From a virus: a stretch of DNA of 64,000 bases. Under the pieces are notes generated by a model that worked only from the letters and a program-made list of their open reading frames with translations, made no database searches and was not told the DNA's origin. Of the stretch, positions 1 to 9,661 are shown one piece after another. The translations under genes and the position numbers were made by a program. Position 1 is the stretch's first letter. The number at the start of each line of letters is the position of its first letter. The stretch lies in IMG/VR virus record IMGVR_UViG_3300044960_000439. The stretch is one strand, 5' to 3'.

Positions 1-159
1 CTAAGAAAAGTTACTATAAGCAGGAAAGGCTCTTCTGAAAAAGTAAAAGTATTGCGTAAACTCTCGGAGTGCGAATATTGCCTACTCTGTATGATTTCTA
101 CTGATAGTAAAAAACTATGCTTTGAGCAAGGGCTACCTTTCCGATCATCAAGGAAATAA
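1..159 (+). CDS. 5'-truncated member of the left-end small paralogue family
   Basis: Frame 1 reads LRKVTISRKGSSEKVKVLRKLSECEYCLLCMISTDSKKLCFEQGLPFRSSRK*, near-identical to the C-terminal halves of 162..473 and 476..802. Confidence 0.8.
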   Translation, partial: LRKVTISRKGSSEKVKVLRKLSECEYCLLCMISTDSKKLCFEQGLPFRSSRK

Positions 160-161
160 CT

Positions 162-473
162 ATGAAAATATATTTGGTACAAGATTTTTCTGGTGAAGAT
201 CGTCTCTACACAGTTGATGGACATAATATAACCTATTGTTTCAATCCAAAGCGTCAGGGATTATTATATCTGCAGTCCTACACTAGCCTAAGAAGTAAAC
301 GTGAACCAGTTTCACTAAGAATAGTTACTATAAGTAGTAAAGGCTCATCTGAAAAAGTAGCAGTCTCGCGTAAACTCTCAGAGTACGAATTTTGCTTACG
401 CTGTATGATTACTACTGATAGTAACATTCTACGCTTTGAGCAAGGACTATCTTTCCAAGCATCAAGGAAATAG
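162..473 (+). CDS. Small hypothetical protein, tandem paralogue family
   Basis: ORF track; shares LRIVTISSxGSSE..SRKLSEYE.CLRCMI.TDS with its neighbours. Confidence 0.8.
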   Translation: MKIYLVQDFSGEDRLYTVDGHNITYCFNPKRQGLLYLQSYTSLRSKREPVSLRIVTISSKGSSEKVAVSRKLSEYEFCLRCMITTDSNILRFEQGLSFQASRK

Positions 474-475
474 CT

Positions 476-802
476 ATGAAAATATCTTTAACTGAAGAAC
501 TTCCTGGCGAATATACTATTCATACAGCCGATAGGCGTAAATATATAACTTACCTTTTCGACCCAAATCGTTGTAAATCTCTATATATACAATCTTATGA
601 CTATTTAAGACCTAAAAGCGAACTAACTTCACTAAGAATAGTTACTATAAGTAGTGAAGGATCATCTGAAGAGGTAACAATATCTCGTAAACTCACCTCA
701 GAGTACGAACATTGCTTACGCTGTATGATTTCTACTGATAGTAAAAAACTACAGTTTAGCCAAGGATTACACTTTTATACAAAATATTCAGGGATGAAAT
801 GA
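476..802 (+). CDS. Small hypothetical protein, tandem paralogue family
   Basis: Clear protein- and DNA-level paralogue of 162..473. Confidence 0.8.
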   Translation: MKISLTEELPGEYTIHTADRRKYITYLFDPNRCKSLYIQSYDYLRPKSELTSLRIVTISSEGSSEEVTISRKLTSEYEHCLRCMISTDSKKLQFSQGLHFYTKYSGMK

Positions 803-855
803 CCATTAAGATTTCTCTGAAAATACTTATCATAGATATTTCTCAGTAATCCTAA

Positions 856-1206
856 ATGGTTCGATCTATGAAAGTGAAATACTCTAGAATTGAGGAAAAT
901 TACAAGATTATGGAAAGTCTATATTTATCCTCTGACAATAATGACTACATCATACTGTCAAAGAGTCCTCATGAAGATCTTCATGTATATGGATTCTTAC
1001 CAGAAATTAAAAAGGTAAGATCTGTTTCTATTGTCTCGAATAACAATGCGTCAGAAATTATTTGTTATTACTACGCACAAGCAGTGCCAGCATACTTCGG
1101 ATATATCGTTAGTCGAGTCCAACCACACGACGATGTAAATTTCGTATTAGATTATGGAATAGAACAAGAGAGTAGTACATCTCTATCTCTGATCCAACTT
1201 GTATGA
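856..1206 (+). CDS. Small hypothetical protein (MKV-type start probably 868)
   Basis: ORF track; similar size and spacing to the array; weak VRSVSIVS similarity to LRIVTIS. Confidence 0.65.
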   Translation: MVRSMKVKYSRIEENYKIMESLYLSSDNNDYIILSKSPHEDLHVYGFLPEIKKVRSVSIVSNNNASEIICYYYAQAVPAYFGYIVSRVQPHDDVNFVLDYGIEQESSTSLSLIQLV

Positions 1207-1559
1207 AAGTCATTATTTCTGGCCCTGCAAGTCCTATTCAAGGAATAGGGCAGCTTTATTCCTTCTTTATTCAAGGACGTATTAAAGAATCAGTAGCTAC
1301 TCTTAATTATATTATTCCTACTTATGCGCTATTAAATGAATATGATTTGGATAAAAGGAACGTTGTTATCGGATTGTTTTTCAATCTTGATCGCAAATTG
1401 GATTTAACTTCTATAAAAGTTATAGAAATATCCGAGCACAAATGTCACTATCTGACTACTGTTACTTTAGAACCAACTTATAGAAATAGCATAATGATAT
1501 GGAAAATGCACAATAACTATTACAAGCTAAATATCTATTCTACGAATAGTTCACAATGA
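1203..1559 (+). CDS. Small hypothetical protein
   Basis: ORF track; ATGA overlap with the upstream stop. Confidence 0.65.
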   Translation: MKVIISGPASPIQGIGQLYSFFIQGRIKESVATLNYIIPTYALLNEYDLDKRNVVIGLFFNLDRKLDLTSIKVIEISEHKCHYLTTVTLEPTYRNSIMIWKMHNNYYKLNIYSTNSSQ

Positions 1560-1585
1560 ATTCTTTAGTCTAGTGGAACAGTAAT

Positions 1586-1891
1586 ATGAAAGTGAAATTA
1601 GAAATTCTCAAGTCTGATAATTTAGCTCTCTATGCTTTGTCCTGTAAGATCAAATACGATTCAACTTATTTTAACTTTATGGATTTAGACTATGATAATG
1701 AAAATTACTGCATCAGTATTAGAACATTTCCTAAAGCTGCTAAAATTAAATATAGATTCTGTCAAGTGATTTCTAATAAAATTGTCGAATTTGCGGAATC
1801 TATTGAGAATCAAGGAGAATGTAATATTGCCATAGATTCTGTAGACTCAAGTTTAATTCTTGAAGCTATAAAGCCAATTGATGTAGAGTGA
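1586..1891 (+). CDS. Small hypothetical protein
   Basis: ORF track; MKVK start like the other array members. Confidence 0.65.
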   Translation: MKVKLEILKSDNLALYALSCKIKYDSTYFNFMDLDYDNENYCISIRTFPKAAKIKYRFCQVISNKIVEFAESIENQGECNIAIDSVDSSLILEAIKPIDVE

Positions 1892-1954
1892 TATGTCATG
1901 ATAATTAATCTTTAGCTTAAATCCCTGTTCTCAAGCTACGGGAATATCAGAAAC

Positions 1955-2266
1955 ATGAAGTTGCGACTTATATTCATTCATGATGATGTTTTCGACAGGA
2001 GAATAGAATTATTTAATGTAGATACAGGAAGGCAAAAAGTCTTTATACCATTTATACAAGCTTCTTCATTCTATTTTGAAATGATTACAGGGAGTGCCAA
2101 AAGGGGTGAGCTTCGACAGGAAGTGGAAATTTCTGTTGATCATAAAAGTAATGAGTGTGAGATAAACGTGCAAGAACGTGACTCACAGTTCGACGCGAGA
2201 GGACTCTTAACTTTATACAATTATGAAGATGAGCATGTAATGACTTTTTGTTGGGATGCAATCTGA
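1955..2266 (+). CDS. Small hypothetical protein
   Basis: ORF track. Confidence 0.65.
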   Translation: MKLRLIFIHDDVFDRRIELFNVDTGRQKVFIPFIQASSFYFEMITGSAKRGELRQEVEISVDHKSNECEINVQERDSQFDARGLLTLYNYEDEHVMTFCWDAI

Positions 2267-2618
2267 TCAGGGAGAATTAATGAAAGTTATTGTTAACTCT
2301 TATTATAAAAATAGTCATATAGATATCAATGTTCCAGGAATTGCTTGCGTCGCTTCTGTCTTTGAACATATGCCTAGTTTCGATAATGTTGTACGCTCTG
2401 TATTCATTTATGGTACTATGACAGAGTTACGTGATAGAGTACAAGTTGAGGAAAAAACATTATCGGTAAGATATAAAAATGGGTCTGAAAATACGAGGAC
2501 TTTTAAATATATGAATTGGCGTCGTTTTTCTAAGCGTATACAAACTTTTGTAGATGCTTCTGTTGATTCTTTCAATCACAACTTATCATTTGTAAAGCAA
2601 AGTTCGGTTTCAACGTAG
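2256..2618 (+). CDS. Small hypothetical protein (start probably ATG 2280, MKVIV)
   Basis: ORF track; GGGAG SD before 2280. Confidence 0.65.
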   Translation: MQSDQGELMKVIVNSYYKNSHIDINVPGIACVASVFEHMPSFDNVVRSVFIYGTMTELRDRVQVEEKTLSVRYKNGSENTRTFKYMNWRRFSKRIQTFVDASVDSFNHNLSFVKQSSVST

Positions 2619-2645
2619 GTAGGGAACGTACCGCAGGCACTAGCT

Positions 2646-3494
2646 ATGACGATTAAAGCTATATCTCTTCTTGATTCTGTTCCTGAGAAAAAGCCTAGAC
2701 CAGAAATTGAGCATTATTTCTTTCGACTAATTAAATTAGATTCATACCAATATCGACTGGAGAAGAAACAACGATTCATCATCAATGACAATCAAAATAC
2801 TACGGAAACAGAATCTCTTAAGACTGATAAAGGTGAGGTATATATAAATATTAAAAATGAAATAGACCTAGCCTCTTTTAGAAGGAATAGATCCCAAGAT
2901 TTCAACACTCGAATTAAATACGAACTGTTGATTGATTATTCACTTCCAACGTTTTTTGAACGGTTACCAATAGTTTTTATTATCAGTTATGCTCCTAGAA
3001 TGATTACTTCTATTAGTCTTAATCTAGGACTCTCTTTGGTCGCCCCGTATTGGGTACGTTTATATTTGTCTGTAGATCCTCCTGATAATTTTTATCATGA
3101 TGATGCTGAAGAAACAAGCGATAAAAGCAGTCGTCTAAACTATAGACGCATGAGTAAGAAAATTCAAATTAATAACTATTTTACTTTACGTAAGGTAAGT
3201 CCCGAAATAGAGGATAAATTAGAAGAATTTAAAACTAGAACAACGAACTTTGATGCTTCTACAATCGCTTTTGCGAAACTGTTTGCTGGCTTCTGTATGG
3301 ATAATTTCTATCAGTTCTTTTCTTACGCTGTCTGGAATACAGATCCAAAACTCAAAGATTTGTTCGTGTATTATTTTGACTACTTAATAGCTAAATTTAA
3401 TGTTCTCTTAGATCCCTCTAAGGAGAATATGCAGGAACATATTAAAGACATATTAACTTGGTCAGGAGATATAGCGATCAATGTGTTCTATTAA
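2646..3494 (+). CDS. Hypothetical protein, 282 aa
   Basis: ORF track; no recognised motif. Confidence 0.7.
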   Translation: MTIKAISLLDSVPEKKPRPEIEHYFFRLIKLDSYQYRLEKKQRFIINDNQNTTETESLKTDKGEVYINIKNEIDLASFRRNRSQDFNTRIKYELLIDYSLPTFFERLPIVFIISYAPRMITSISLNLGLSLVAPYWVRLYLSVDPPDNFYHDDAEETSDKSSRLNYRRMSKKIQINNYFTLRKVSPEIEDKLEEFKTRTTNFDASTIAFAKLFAGFCMDNFYQFFSYAVWNTDPKLKDLFVYYFDYLIAKFNVLLDPSKENMQEHIKDILTWSGDIAINVFY

Positions 3495-3555
3495 ATCTAT
3501 TTGTAATTCAATTGATAGATGATCCCTTTTCCCGGTTTTGATCAAAGGAGGTGTT

Positions 3556-3786
3556 ATGTCTAAAGCAAAGACCAAGGAAGTTAAATCCACTCCTACTTTT
3601 CGATTACGAATTATTAATACAGCTAACAAAGACAAACATTCTTTTGTAATTGATGCTAATAAAATTAACTTACTAGCTTCTGCATTAAAGCAAATTGCTT
3701 CTACTGATGTACTAGGAGCTAAAAGCATTAAATTTAAATTAAACGATCTTTTCGAGATTTATGTTGAAAGGGCTACTCAGGAGTAA
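3556..3786 (+). CDS. Small hypothetical protein
   Basis: AAAGGAGGT SD before ATG 3556, in frame with listed ORF 3538..3786. Confidence 0.7.
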   Translation: MSKAKTKEVKSTPTFRLRIINTANKDKHSFVIDANKINLLASALKQIASTDVLGAKSIKFKLNDLFEIYVERATQE

Positions 3787-3789
3787 TCT

Positions 3790-4320
3790 ATGCTCAGTGG
3801 TGCTACTATTGCTCATTTAGTAAAGAATAAGCAGGGAATTGAAATAGAACCGTTTTCTGAAGACAATATTGGGCCTAATAGCTATGATCTAACGTTACAC
3901 AACGAACTACTAGTTTATACTATGCCTATCTTGAATCTAAAGGAAGAAAATCCTACTAGAAAGATTGAAATTCCAAAAGAAGGACTAATTCTCCGCCCGG
4001 GAGAACTTTATCTAGGTAAAACTGTAGAATATGTTAAGACCTCAGATCAGTTTGTTCCTATGCTGGAAGGCAGGTCTAGTATAGGAAGATTAGGAATTTT
4101 TATTCATACGACAGCAGGTTTTGGTGATATCGGTTTTTGTGGTAATTGGACTTTAGAGATTTCTGTAATAAAACCCGTTGTAATTTACCCATTTATCAAA
4201 ATTTGCCAGATTTTCTTCCATCCTCTTTCTCATTCAGCTCCTACTCCAGTAAAATCATACTCTGGAAAGTACCAGAACTCGAAAGAAATTGTCCCGAGTA
4301 GGTTGTATGCCGAGTTCTAG
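3790..4320 (+). CDS. dcd: dCTP deaminase
   Basis: Motifs GPNSYDLTL, LILRPGELYLGKTVE, EGRSSIGRLG, AGFGDIGFCGNWTLEI, ICQIFF, YSGKYQ. Confidence 0.93.
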   Translation: MLSGATIAHLVKNKQGIEIEPFSEDNIGPNSYDLTLHNELLVYTMPILNLKEENPTRKIEIPKEGLILRPGELYLGKTVEYVKTSDQFVPMLEGRSSIGRLGIFIHTTAGFGDIGFCGNWTLEISVIKPVVIYPFIKICQIFFHPLSHSAPTPVKSYSGKYQNSKEIVPSRLYAEF

Positions 4321-4337
4321 ATCGGAGGCACGAGGCT

Positions 4338-4574
4338 ATGCCGAGCATAGACTATTCTGCTACCTTGAAGAAGTTGCCTGTCTCTATGGAAAACGATAAA
4401 TTTATTATGAAGCTCAGTGGGCTAGAACTTTCAGCTTTAGTTTGTACATTAATAGACGAAGCTATTCACATGTCTGCGACAAATGAACATACTAGTGAAT
4501 TGATCTTTGATAAAAACAATAATACAATCACTTTCACTTCTTCTGGTAGAATTTTCCCGGTCAAATTTAATTAA
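4338..4574 (+). CDS. Small hypothetical protein
   Basis: ORF track; GGAGG/GAGG SD. Confidence 0.65.
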   Translation: MPSIDYSATLKKLPVSMENDKFIMKLSGLELSALVCTLIDEAIHMSATNEHTSELIFDKNNNTITFTSSGRIFPVKFN

Positions 4575-4580
4575 ATTTGC

Positions 4581-4598
4581 GGCATAAATAAGTGGAAG
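4581..4598 (+). promoter_or_regulatory. Phage promoter-like motif GGCATAAATAAGTGGAAG
   Basis: Same motif recurs at 41729, 56100, 56743, 57861, 58722, 61544 and 61975, always + strand and upstream of genes or RNAs. Confidence 0.65.
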
Positions 4599-4691
4599 TT
4601 AGTTAATTTCAATAAGTAACTATTTCTAGATTTTACTTCTATCTCACGGTGAGATAGAAATAATTTCTCTGTTTTCTATTGGAGGTGTACC

Positions 4692-5099
4692 ATGAGTGGT
4701 ACTCGTCGCAGGCTTAATTGGGACAAATTGCTACGGTTTATCCACAATACAGTGGACGCTGGGGCTCTTCCAGTATTCCGAAAAGGAGTAGACTATACTA
4801 ATCCAGCAACATTTAAGATGATGTGCAAGAAGAAGCTAGCAGAATTTGGTGGATCCATCAAACTGGAACCCTTTTTACTAGGCAATGATGCTGTAGCAGT
4901 ACTTCCTACTGAAGTAAATACTTTTGTTGAATTCCCATGCTTTGTGTTTTTTGGTGCGACTAATAATAATGAAGGACAGGAAGACGTTGATACAGAAGAA
5001 ACAACAGAATCAGTAACAGATAAGCCTGTGTACGTTGCTAAAAAGGACCCGAATGTAAAAGTCACTATGGAGACACAGGAAGAAGAGGTACCATTCTAG
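4692..5099 (+). CDS. Hypothetical protein with an SSB-like acidic C-terminal tail (EEEVPF)
   Basis: GGAGGT SD; acidic tail ending in PF like SSB-Ct; no OB fold recognised. Confidence 0.55.
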   Translation: MSGTRRRLNWDKLLRFIHNTVDAGALPVFRKGVDYTNPATFKMMCKKKLAEFGGSIKLEPFLLGNDAVAVLPTEVNTFVEFPCFVFFGATNNNEGQEDVDTEETTESVTDKPVYVAKKDPNVKVTMETQEEEVPF

Positions 5100-5129
5100 T
5101 AGCTAGTAACTTTACTCCTGAGAGGAAAT

Positions 5130-5159
5130 TTGCCGCGTCGGGATATCCCGGCGCGGCAA
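5130..5159 (+). terminator. GC-rich 30-bp palindrome, probable terminator
   Basis: TTGCCGCGTCGGGAT/ATCCCGGCGCGGCAA with one G-T mismatch, directly after 4692..5099. Confidence 0.6.
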
Positions 5160-5164
5160 CCTCT

Positions 5165-5192
5165 TTGATAAAAATATCATTTATTGTATAAT
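5165..5192 (+). promoter_or_regulatory. sigma70-like promoter
   Basis: TTGATA-16 nt-TATAAT upstream of 5222. Confidence 0.45.
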
Positions 5193-5221
5193 TTCACAGG
5201 ATAAATAAATGATATAAAATA

Positions 5222-5947
5222 ATGGTTTCCTTGCTAGACAGATGGGATGTACACTTCGGGCGGGTAGTAGTCCAAACCCGCTCTAGCAAGGTCGAGCTAT
5301 TTGAATTGCAGCTAGATTATATCTGTAAACAATTGATTAATTGTTCCAGGGATATCCTCAGGATAAATAAGCATACTATCACTGGTACACACAAAGATAA
5401 AGTTTTATTTGAAGCTGTCTATCTCTATAAGTTGTTGGACAGAACGAGAGATGTTTTCAACAGATATCCTCCTACAAATAAGCTAGATTTCTACATGTCT
5501 TGTGACAGAATTAAGTCCTTTATAAGTAAAGAGTTAGAATCAGGGGCTTTACTTTCTACTTTGGAGTCTTTCTCCAAAAGGACAACTCCTGATGTTATCA
5601 ACACTACTGTAACCACTATTCTAGAGGATCAAGATTTAAGACGTTCTGATATCATTGAATCTTTTATCACTGTACTAGATAAGATAGATCTAGTACATTG
5701 TTTTGCATTGGAATTGAAATTGAATTTCTTAACAGAAATAGTTGAATCCAATAGATTCTTATTTATTAAATACATACATATACTGGAGAAATTTAAAGAC
5801 ACAATTGACGTTAAGTTCTTATCCCCTATAGACTACAACGTAATTACACAAAGCAATATTTTACCATCTATAAAGAAATTCAAAGACTATTTAATCTTGG
5901 TTCACAATATTCCTATAGATGATGAATATTCTATTAAACCTAAGTAG
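5222..5947 (+). CDS. Hypothetical protein, 241 aa
   Basis: ORF track. Confidence 0.7.
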   Translation: MVSLLDRWDVHFGRVVVQTRSSKVELFELQLDYICKQLINCSRDILRINKHTITGTHKDKVLFEAVYLYKLLDRTRDVFNRYPPTNKLDFYMSCDRIKSFISKELESGALLSTLESFSKRTTPDVINTTVTTILEDQDLRRSDIIESFITVLDKIDLVHCFALELKLNFLTEIVESNRFLFIKYIHILEKFKDTIDVKFLSPIDYNVITQSNILPSIKKFKDYLILVHNIPIDDEYSIKPK

Positions 5948-5964
5948 GAAAAGGGAAATTTCCC

Positions 5965-6957
5965 ATGAAATATCAACTTCCTACAGATTTAATTCACCGA
6001 TTCTTTTTTGATGTAGCTTCATTATTTCCGTCACAGTTATCAGATAGTAACGTTTCTATAAAAATTGGCTTGACTAAAAATTTGACTGTACTGCTGTCTC
6101 AAATTGAGACAAGTACAGGTTCCATAGAACTAAATAGATTTCTACATGATCCCAAATATGTTTGGGAAAGTGAATTAGAACGACAAGCATTTTACATTAA
6201 TTTTAACTCATCAAATGTTCCTAAGTTATTTGTCCCCTTATATTTATGCTCTAAGAAGAAGATAGACTCTGTAGCTTTAGACTTAATAACATCTGAATTT
6301 ATCCTAGATGGTAAATATGTACTTAAGGGGGAACCGTTAGAACCAAATAAGATAAAACTTCATTTATGGAAATCTTCTAGACTCTTGACTAAAGAGGTTG
6401 CTAAAGCTTTCAAGCAAAGTTTCCAATTTGATAACACTCTCATAGATAACTTAGCTCCTAACGACCCACTTTACTTGTTTACAATAGATGATAGAATTCA
6501 AGCTCTTACTTTCCTCTCATTCTTACTTCCTGAGAAATTTAACGTATCTAAAAGATATTATCTCTGTAAGAGAATTCTATTACCCAATTTTATTGCATCA
6601 GAAGAAAGTCATTTAGGTTCTGTATCTGTCTTCGGTTGTGCTTTCAATAAGTTGGCATACCAATGCCTTGAGCATTCTGTCTCAGAAGTTTCTAGAGACA
6701 GTAAGGTATGCTTCTCCTTTGAGGATGAATCTTACATCCTAGGACTAGATGAAGATGAATACATCTTCAAAGGTTCCTTTGGCTATAACCTAGACTTGAT
6801 AACGAAATTAGCTTCAACTATTTACAGATTTCAGACACAAGAAAATAAATTACCTAGAATAGGAGAATCTGTAAGATGTTTCACGAAGGATGTTTCTGGT
6901 AGCTGTATTCTCCAGGATGGATTCCTTATCCTAGAAGAGGACCTGGCACATGAGTAG
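5965..6957 (+). CDS. Hypothetical protein, 330 aa
   Basis: ORF track. Confidence 0.7.
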   Translation: MKYQLPTDLIHRFFFDVASLFPSQLSDSNVSIKIGLTKNLTVLLSQIETSTGSIELNRFLHDPKYVWESELERQAFYINFNSSNVPKLFVPLYLCSKKKIDSVALDLITSEFILDGKYVLKGEPLEPNKIKLHLWKSSRLLTKEVAKAFKQSFQFDNTLIDNLAPNDPLYLFTIDDRIQALTFLSFLLPEKFNVSKRYYLCKRILLPNFIASEESHLGSVSVFGCAFNKLAYQCLEHSVSEVSRDSKVCFSFEDESYILGLDEDEYIFKGSFGYNLDLITKLASTIYRFQTQENKLPRIGESVRCFTKDVSGSCILQDGFLILEEDLAHE

Positions 6958-7264
6958 TAACGGTGAGGAGAGGTCAAATGAAGAACAGTTGATGGAAAAA
7001 GCTAAAATGTACTGGTATCTCTCTTCAATTAAGAATAGTGTAGAAGATTTAGTAGCAGAATTAAGATCACAAATAATAGAACTAGCTAAGATAGAGAATA
7101 AGACAGAGATACTGGTGCCCGAATCTGGTATTCTAAAAATCGAAACAGTAATAGTTAATAAATTCGACGAGAAGAAATTTAAGCAGGCTCATCCGTCGAT
7201 TCATACTCTGTTTAAGACAGAGCAAGTACAAACTAAATTGATAAAAGAGCCGTTTGTTCGCTAA
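6950..7264 (+). CDS. Hypothetical phage protein
   Basis: ORF track; FDEKKFKQAHP segment of a type common in phage proteins. Confidence 0.65.
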   Translation: MSSNGEERSNEEQLMEKAKMYWYLSSIKNSVEDLVAELRSQIIELAKIENKTEILVPESGILKIETVIVNKFDEKKFKQAHPSIHTLFKTEQVQTKLIKEPFVR

Positions 7265-8036
7265 ATTATTTCACTTTAAGGAGTTACAAATGTATATGGC
7301 TAAAGGACAGGATGTAGACAATATCATTAAACTAACTTCTACGTGCTTTTTCCGTGGGAAAATGTCCAACCCTAAGACCCGCGAGAAGCAAGAATTGATT
7401 AAATTCTTGCGCGGCTTAAAGGCTATCGCTTTCTGGAAATTCGGAGAACACAGTAATACATATTCACGGTTGGCTAGAACATTTAAAAGGATCGGTTATG
7501 GCGGACACCCCTCTGCTGTATGCTTGAAACAGATCAAGCAAACATTGAACCTTCCCAGAGATGAATATTTCAAGTTGTGTGTTCTATGTGAACAGGTTCC
7601 CTATGAAATACTTTATTTATTCGTAGTTCACAAAGACAGAGTTAGGTTTTGGAAAAAGCTAGATAAATCAATTAAGTTTAATGTTGATGGAACCTGTAAT
7701 GTAGAAGTGGTATGTTCTTTGCTAAAAGAGCAGCTACGTAAATGTACAAAGAAGATTGAAAGAGAAAGGATTAATAGAGTAATTTCACTGCTATTGTCCA
7801 ATACAAAGCGGTTGAAGCTAGTCGAATCTTTAGTAGATCGCGTTGCAAAAGGCGGTACAAAGGACTTTTATTACAAGCTTTGCTATGTAACTCACTCAAT
7901 TCCAAAGTCTGTTAGACTTAAATTAAGTAACAATCCTATTTTATGGCATAAGCTGTATAACGAGCACATAGATTCTCTCAATGTAAGAAATCGGAAGAGA
8001 AACAAGGAAGTGTTTAAGCTTCTCAACCAAACCTAG
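7254..8036 (+). CDS. Basic hypothetical protein, possibly DNA-binding
   Basis: ORF track; K/R-rich. Confidence 0.65.
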   Translation: MFAKLFHFKELQMYMAKGQDVDNIIKLTSTCFFRGKMSNPKTREKQELIKFLRGLKAIAFWKFGEHSNTYSRLARTFKRIGYGGHPSAVCLKQIKQTLNLPRDEYFKLCVLCEQVPYEILYLFVVHKDRVRFWKKLDKSIKFNVDGTCNVEVVCSLLKEQLRKCTKKIERERINRVISLLLSNTKRLKLVESLVDRVAKGGTKDFYYKLCYVTHSIPKSVRLKLSNNPILWHKLYNEHIDSLNVRNRKRNKEVFKLLNQT

Positions 8037-8047
8037 TTCCGCGTGCG

Positions 8048-8422
8048 TTGAAGGAGTCTACCGTGGGAATTTTGCGGCCAGTAATTCTAAAGCCAACAGT
8101 GGTCATTGTCCCTGATCTTACTAATGGGAGGATTGAAGTCTATTCGAGGATTTCTCATCGACCAATCTGGGTCGGCAAACCCAATGTAGAGAAAGATCCT
8201 AGAGGATATTCTCAAGCAGCAATAACTCTAATTAAATATATAGAATCAACTAATCCTGGAGCTGACTTGGGATTTCCTACCTGGGATCCTAATCCTTCTG
8301 ATGCGACCTTCCAAGATTTGAGAGTCTACATGGTTGACTCAGATAAATTTCCTGACACAATTTTAGCTACTATGTTTCAAAGTCTTGAAAGGAAAGGGGT
8401 TATAACAAAACAGACTAAATGA
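8048..8422 (+). CDS. Hypothetical protein
   Basis: ORF track (TTG start). Confidence 0.6.
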   Translation: MKESTVGILRPVILKPTVVIVPDLTNGRIEVYSRISHRPIWVGKPNVEKDPRGYSQAAITLIKYIESTNPGADLGFPTWDPNPSDATFQDLRVYMVDSDKFPDTILATMFQSLERKGVITKQTK

Positions 8423-8452
8423 AGAAATAGAATGAGATAGATAGCTTACTTT

Positions 8453-8483
8453 GGGGCCGGCTAACAACCGGCCCCTATTTCTT
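8453..8483 (+). terminator. Intrinsic terminator-like hairpin
   Basis: GGGGCCGG-ctaacaa-CCGGCCCC followed by TATTTCTT. Confidence 0.65.
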
Positions 8484-8512
8484 ACCCTTTCCCATCATCT
8501 CAGGAGCTTTCG

Positions 8513-9661
8513 ATGGTCAAATCTAAACTAGAGATTGATACCAATCACGTTATCGTAGCTCATATGCTTGCTCGTGTCCCTTGTGTCCTCTGGGGACCTC
8601 CAGGAATTGGCAAGACGTCACGTGTGATGCAAATCGCTAAGACTGTTAACAGGAAATTTCATTCTATTACTTTGCCTATTTATCAGCCTGAAGACATCTG
8701 TGGTTATGTCAGACCTGATGATAACAGAAGAGTCACAGTAAAATATCCAATGGATGACTTTGCTTCTCTTGGCGAAGACTCTATACTCCTTCTAGACGAA
8801 TTTGGTTCTGTTTCAGAAGAAATGCAAGCTGCTTGCTGTCAGCTTCTTCTTGAGCATAGAGCTGGTAATCTATACTTACCACCCTCTATGTACGTTATGG
8901 GTGCTGGTAATGATATGGATTCTGCTATCAATGCCTATGAACTAGGAGCCCCTCTAGCAAACAGAATTTCTCATATAAAATTCACGACGCCCACTGTACA
9001 AGAAATGCGTACCTGGGCATCTACCGATGATTACAAAGTGGATCTTCCATCTATTAATTACAAAGAGTTCAAAGTTACTCTACCTTCTCCTTGGCGGCTT
9101 ACTGTAATAACGTTCTTGGAGTCTAGACCAGACTTGCAGTATGCTTTGCCAGAGAATAGAAGCCAAAGAAGCGGTCCTTGGCCTTCACCAAGGTCTTGGA
9201 TGGCTGCTGCAGATGTGTGGCAAGCTTTATCTTATATATATGGTTTCCATTCTTTTAATTATGATGAAGGTATAGCTACTCTAGCTTATCATGCTGCTCT
9301 ACCTAATGTAGGTGCTGGAGCTGCTACTGAATTCTTCTCTTGGGTAAAGACTATGGATATTCCCAAGATTGCAGATATTTTAGAAGGTAAAGTAAAATGG
9401 ACTCCTTCCAGGTTAGATCAGGCTTATGCTGCTGGTACTGCAATTCTATCAGTGCTACTAAGCACTATTAGCAAATCAGGTAAGCCTAATAAGGAAACCA
9501 AAGAGCTAGTAGAAGCAGCTTGGAATGTTCTCTTGTCTTGGTACAAGGGGAATATGAAACCAGTTGTATATTCATTATCCATTACTATGTTAAATAGGGA
9601 GGAACTTAAACGATTTAATGTTCCAATGGAAATAGTTGATCTCTTGGAGATGTCCTCTTAG
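8513..9661 (+). CDS. MoxR-like / AAA_5-type AAA+ ATPase (module 1)
   Basis: Walker A GPPGIGKT, Walker B LLLDEF, GAGN, LANRISH, PSPRSW. Confidence 0.88.
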   Translation: MVKSKLEIDTNHVIVAHMLARVPCVLWGPPGIGKTSRVMQIAKTVNRKFHSITLPIYQPEDICGYVRPDDNRRVTVKYPMDDFASLGEDSILLLDEFGSVSEEMQAACCQLLLEHRAGNLYLPPSMYVMGAGNDMDSAINAYELGAPLANRISHIKFTTPTVQEMRTWASTDDYKVDLPSINYKEFKVTLPSPWRLTVITFLESRPDLQYALPENRSQRSGPWPSPRSWMAAADVWQALSYIYGFHSFNYDEGIATLAYHAALPNVGAGAATEFFSWVKTMDIPKIADILEGKVKWTPSRLDQAYAAGTAILSVLLSTISKSGKPNKETKELVEAAWNVLLSWYKGNMKPVVYSLSITMLNREELKRFNVPMEIVDLLEMSS

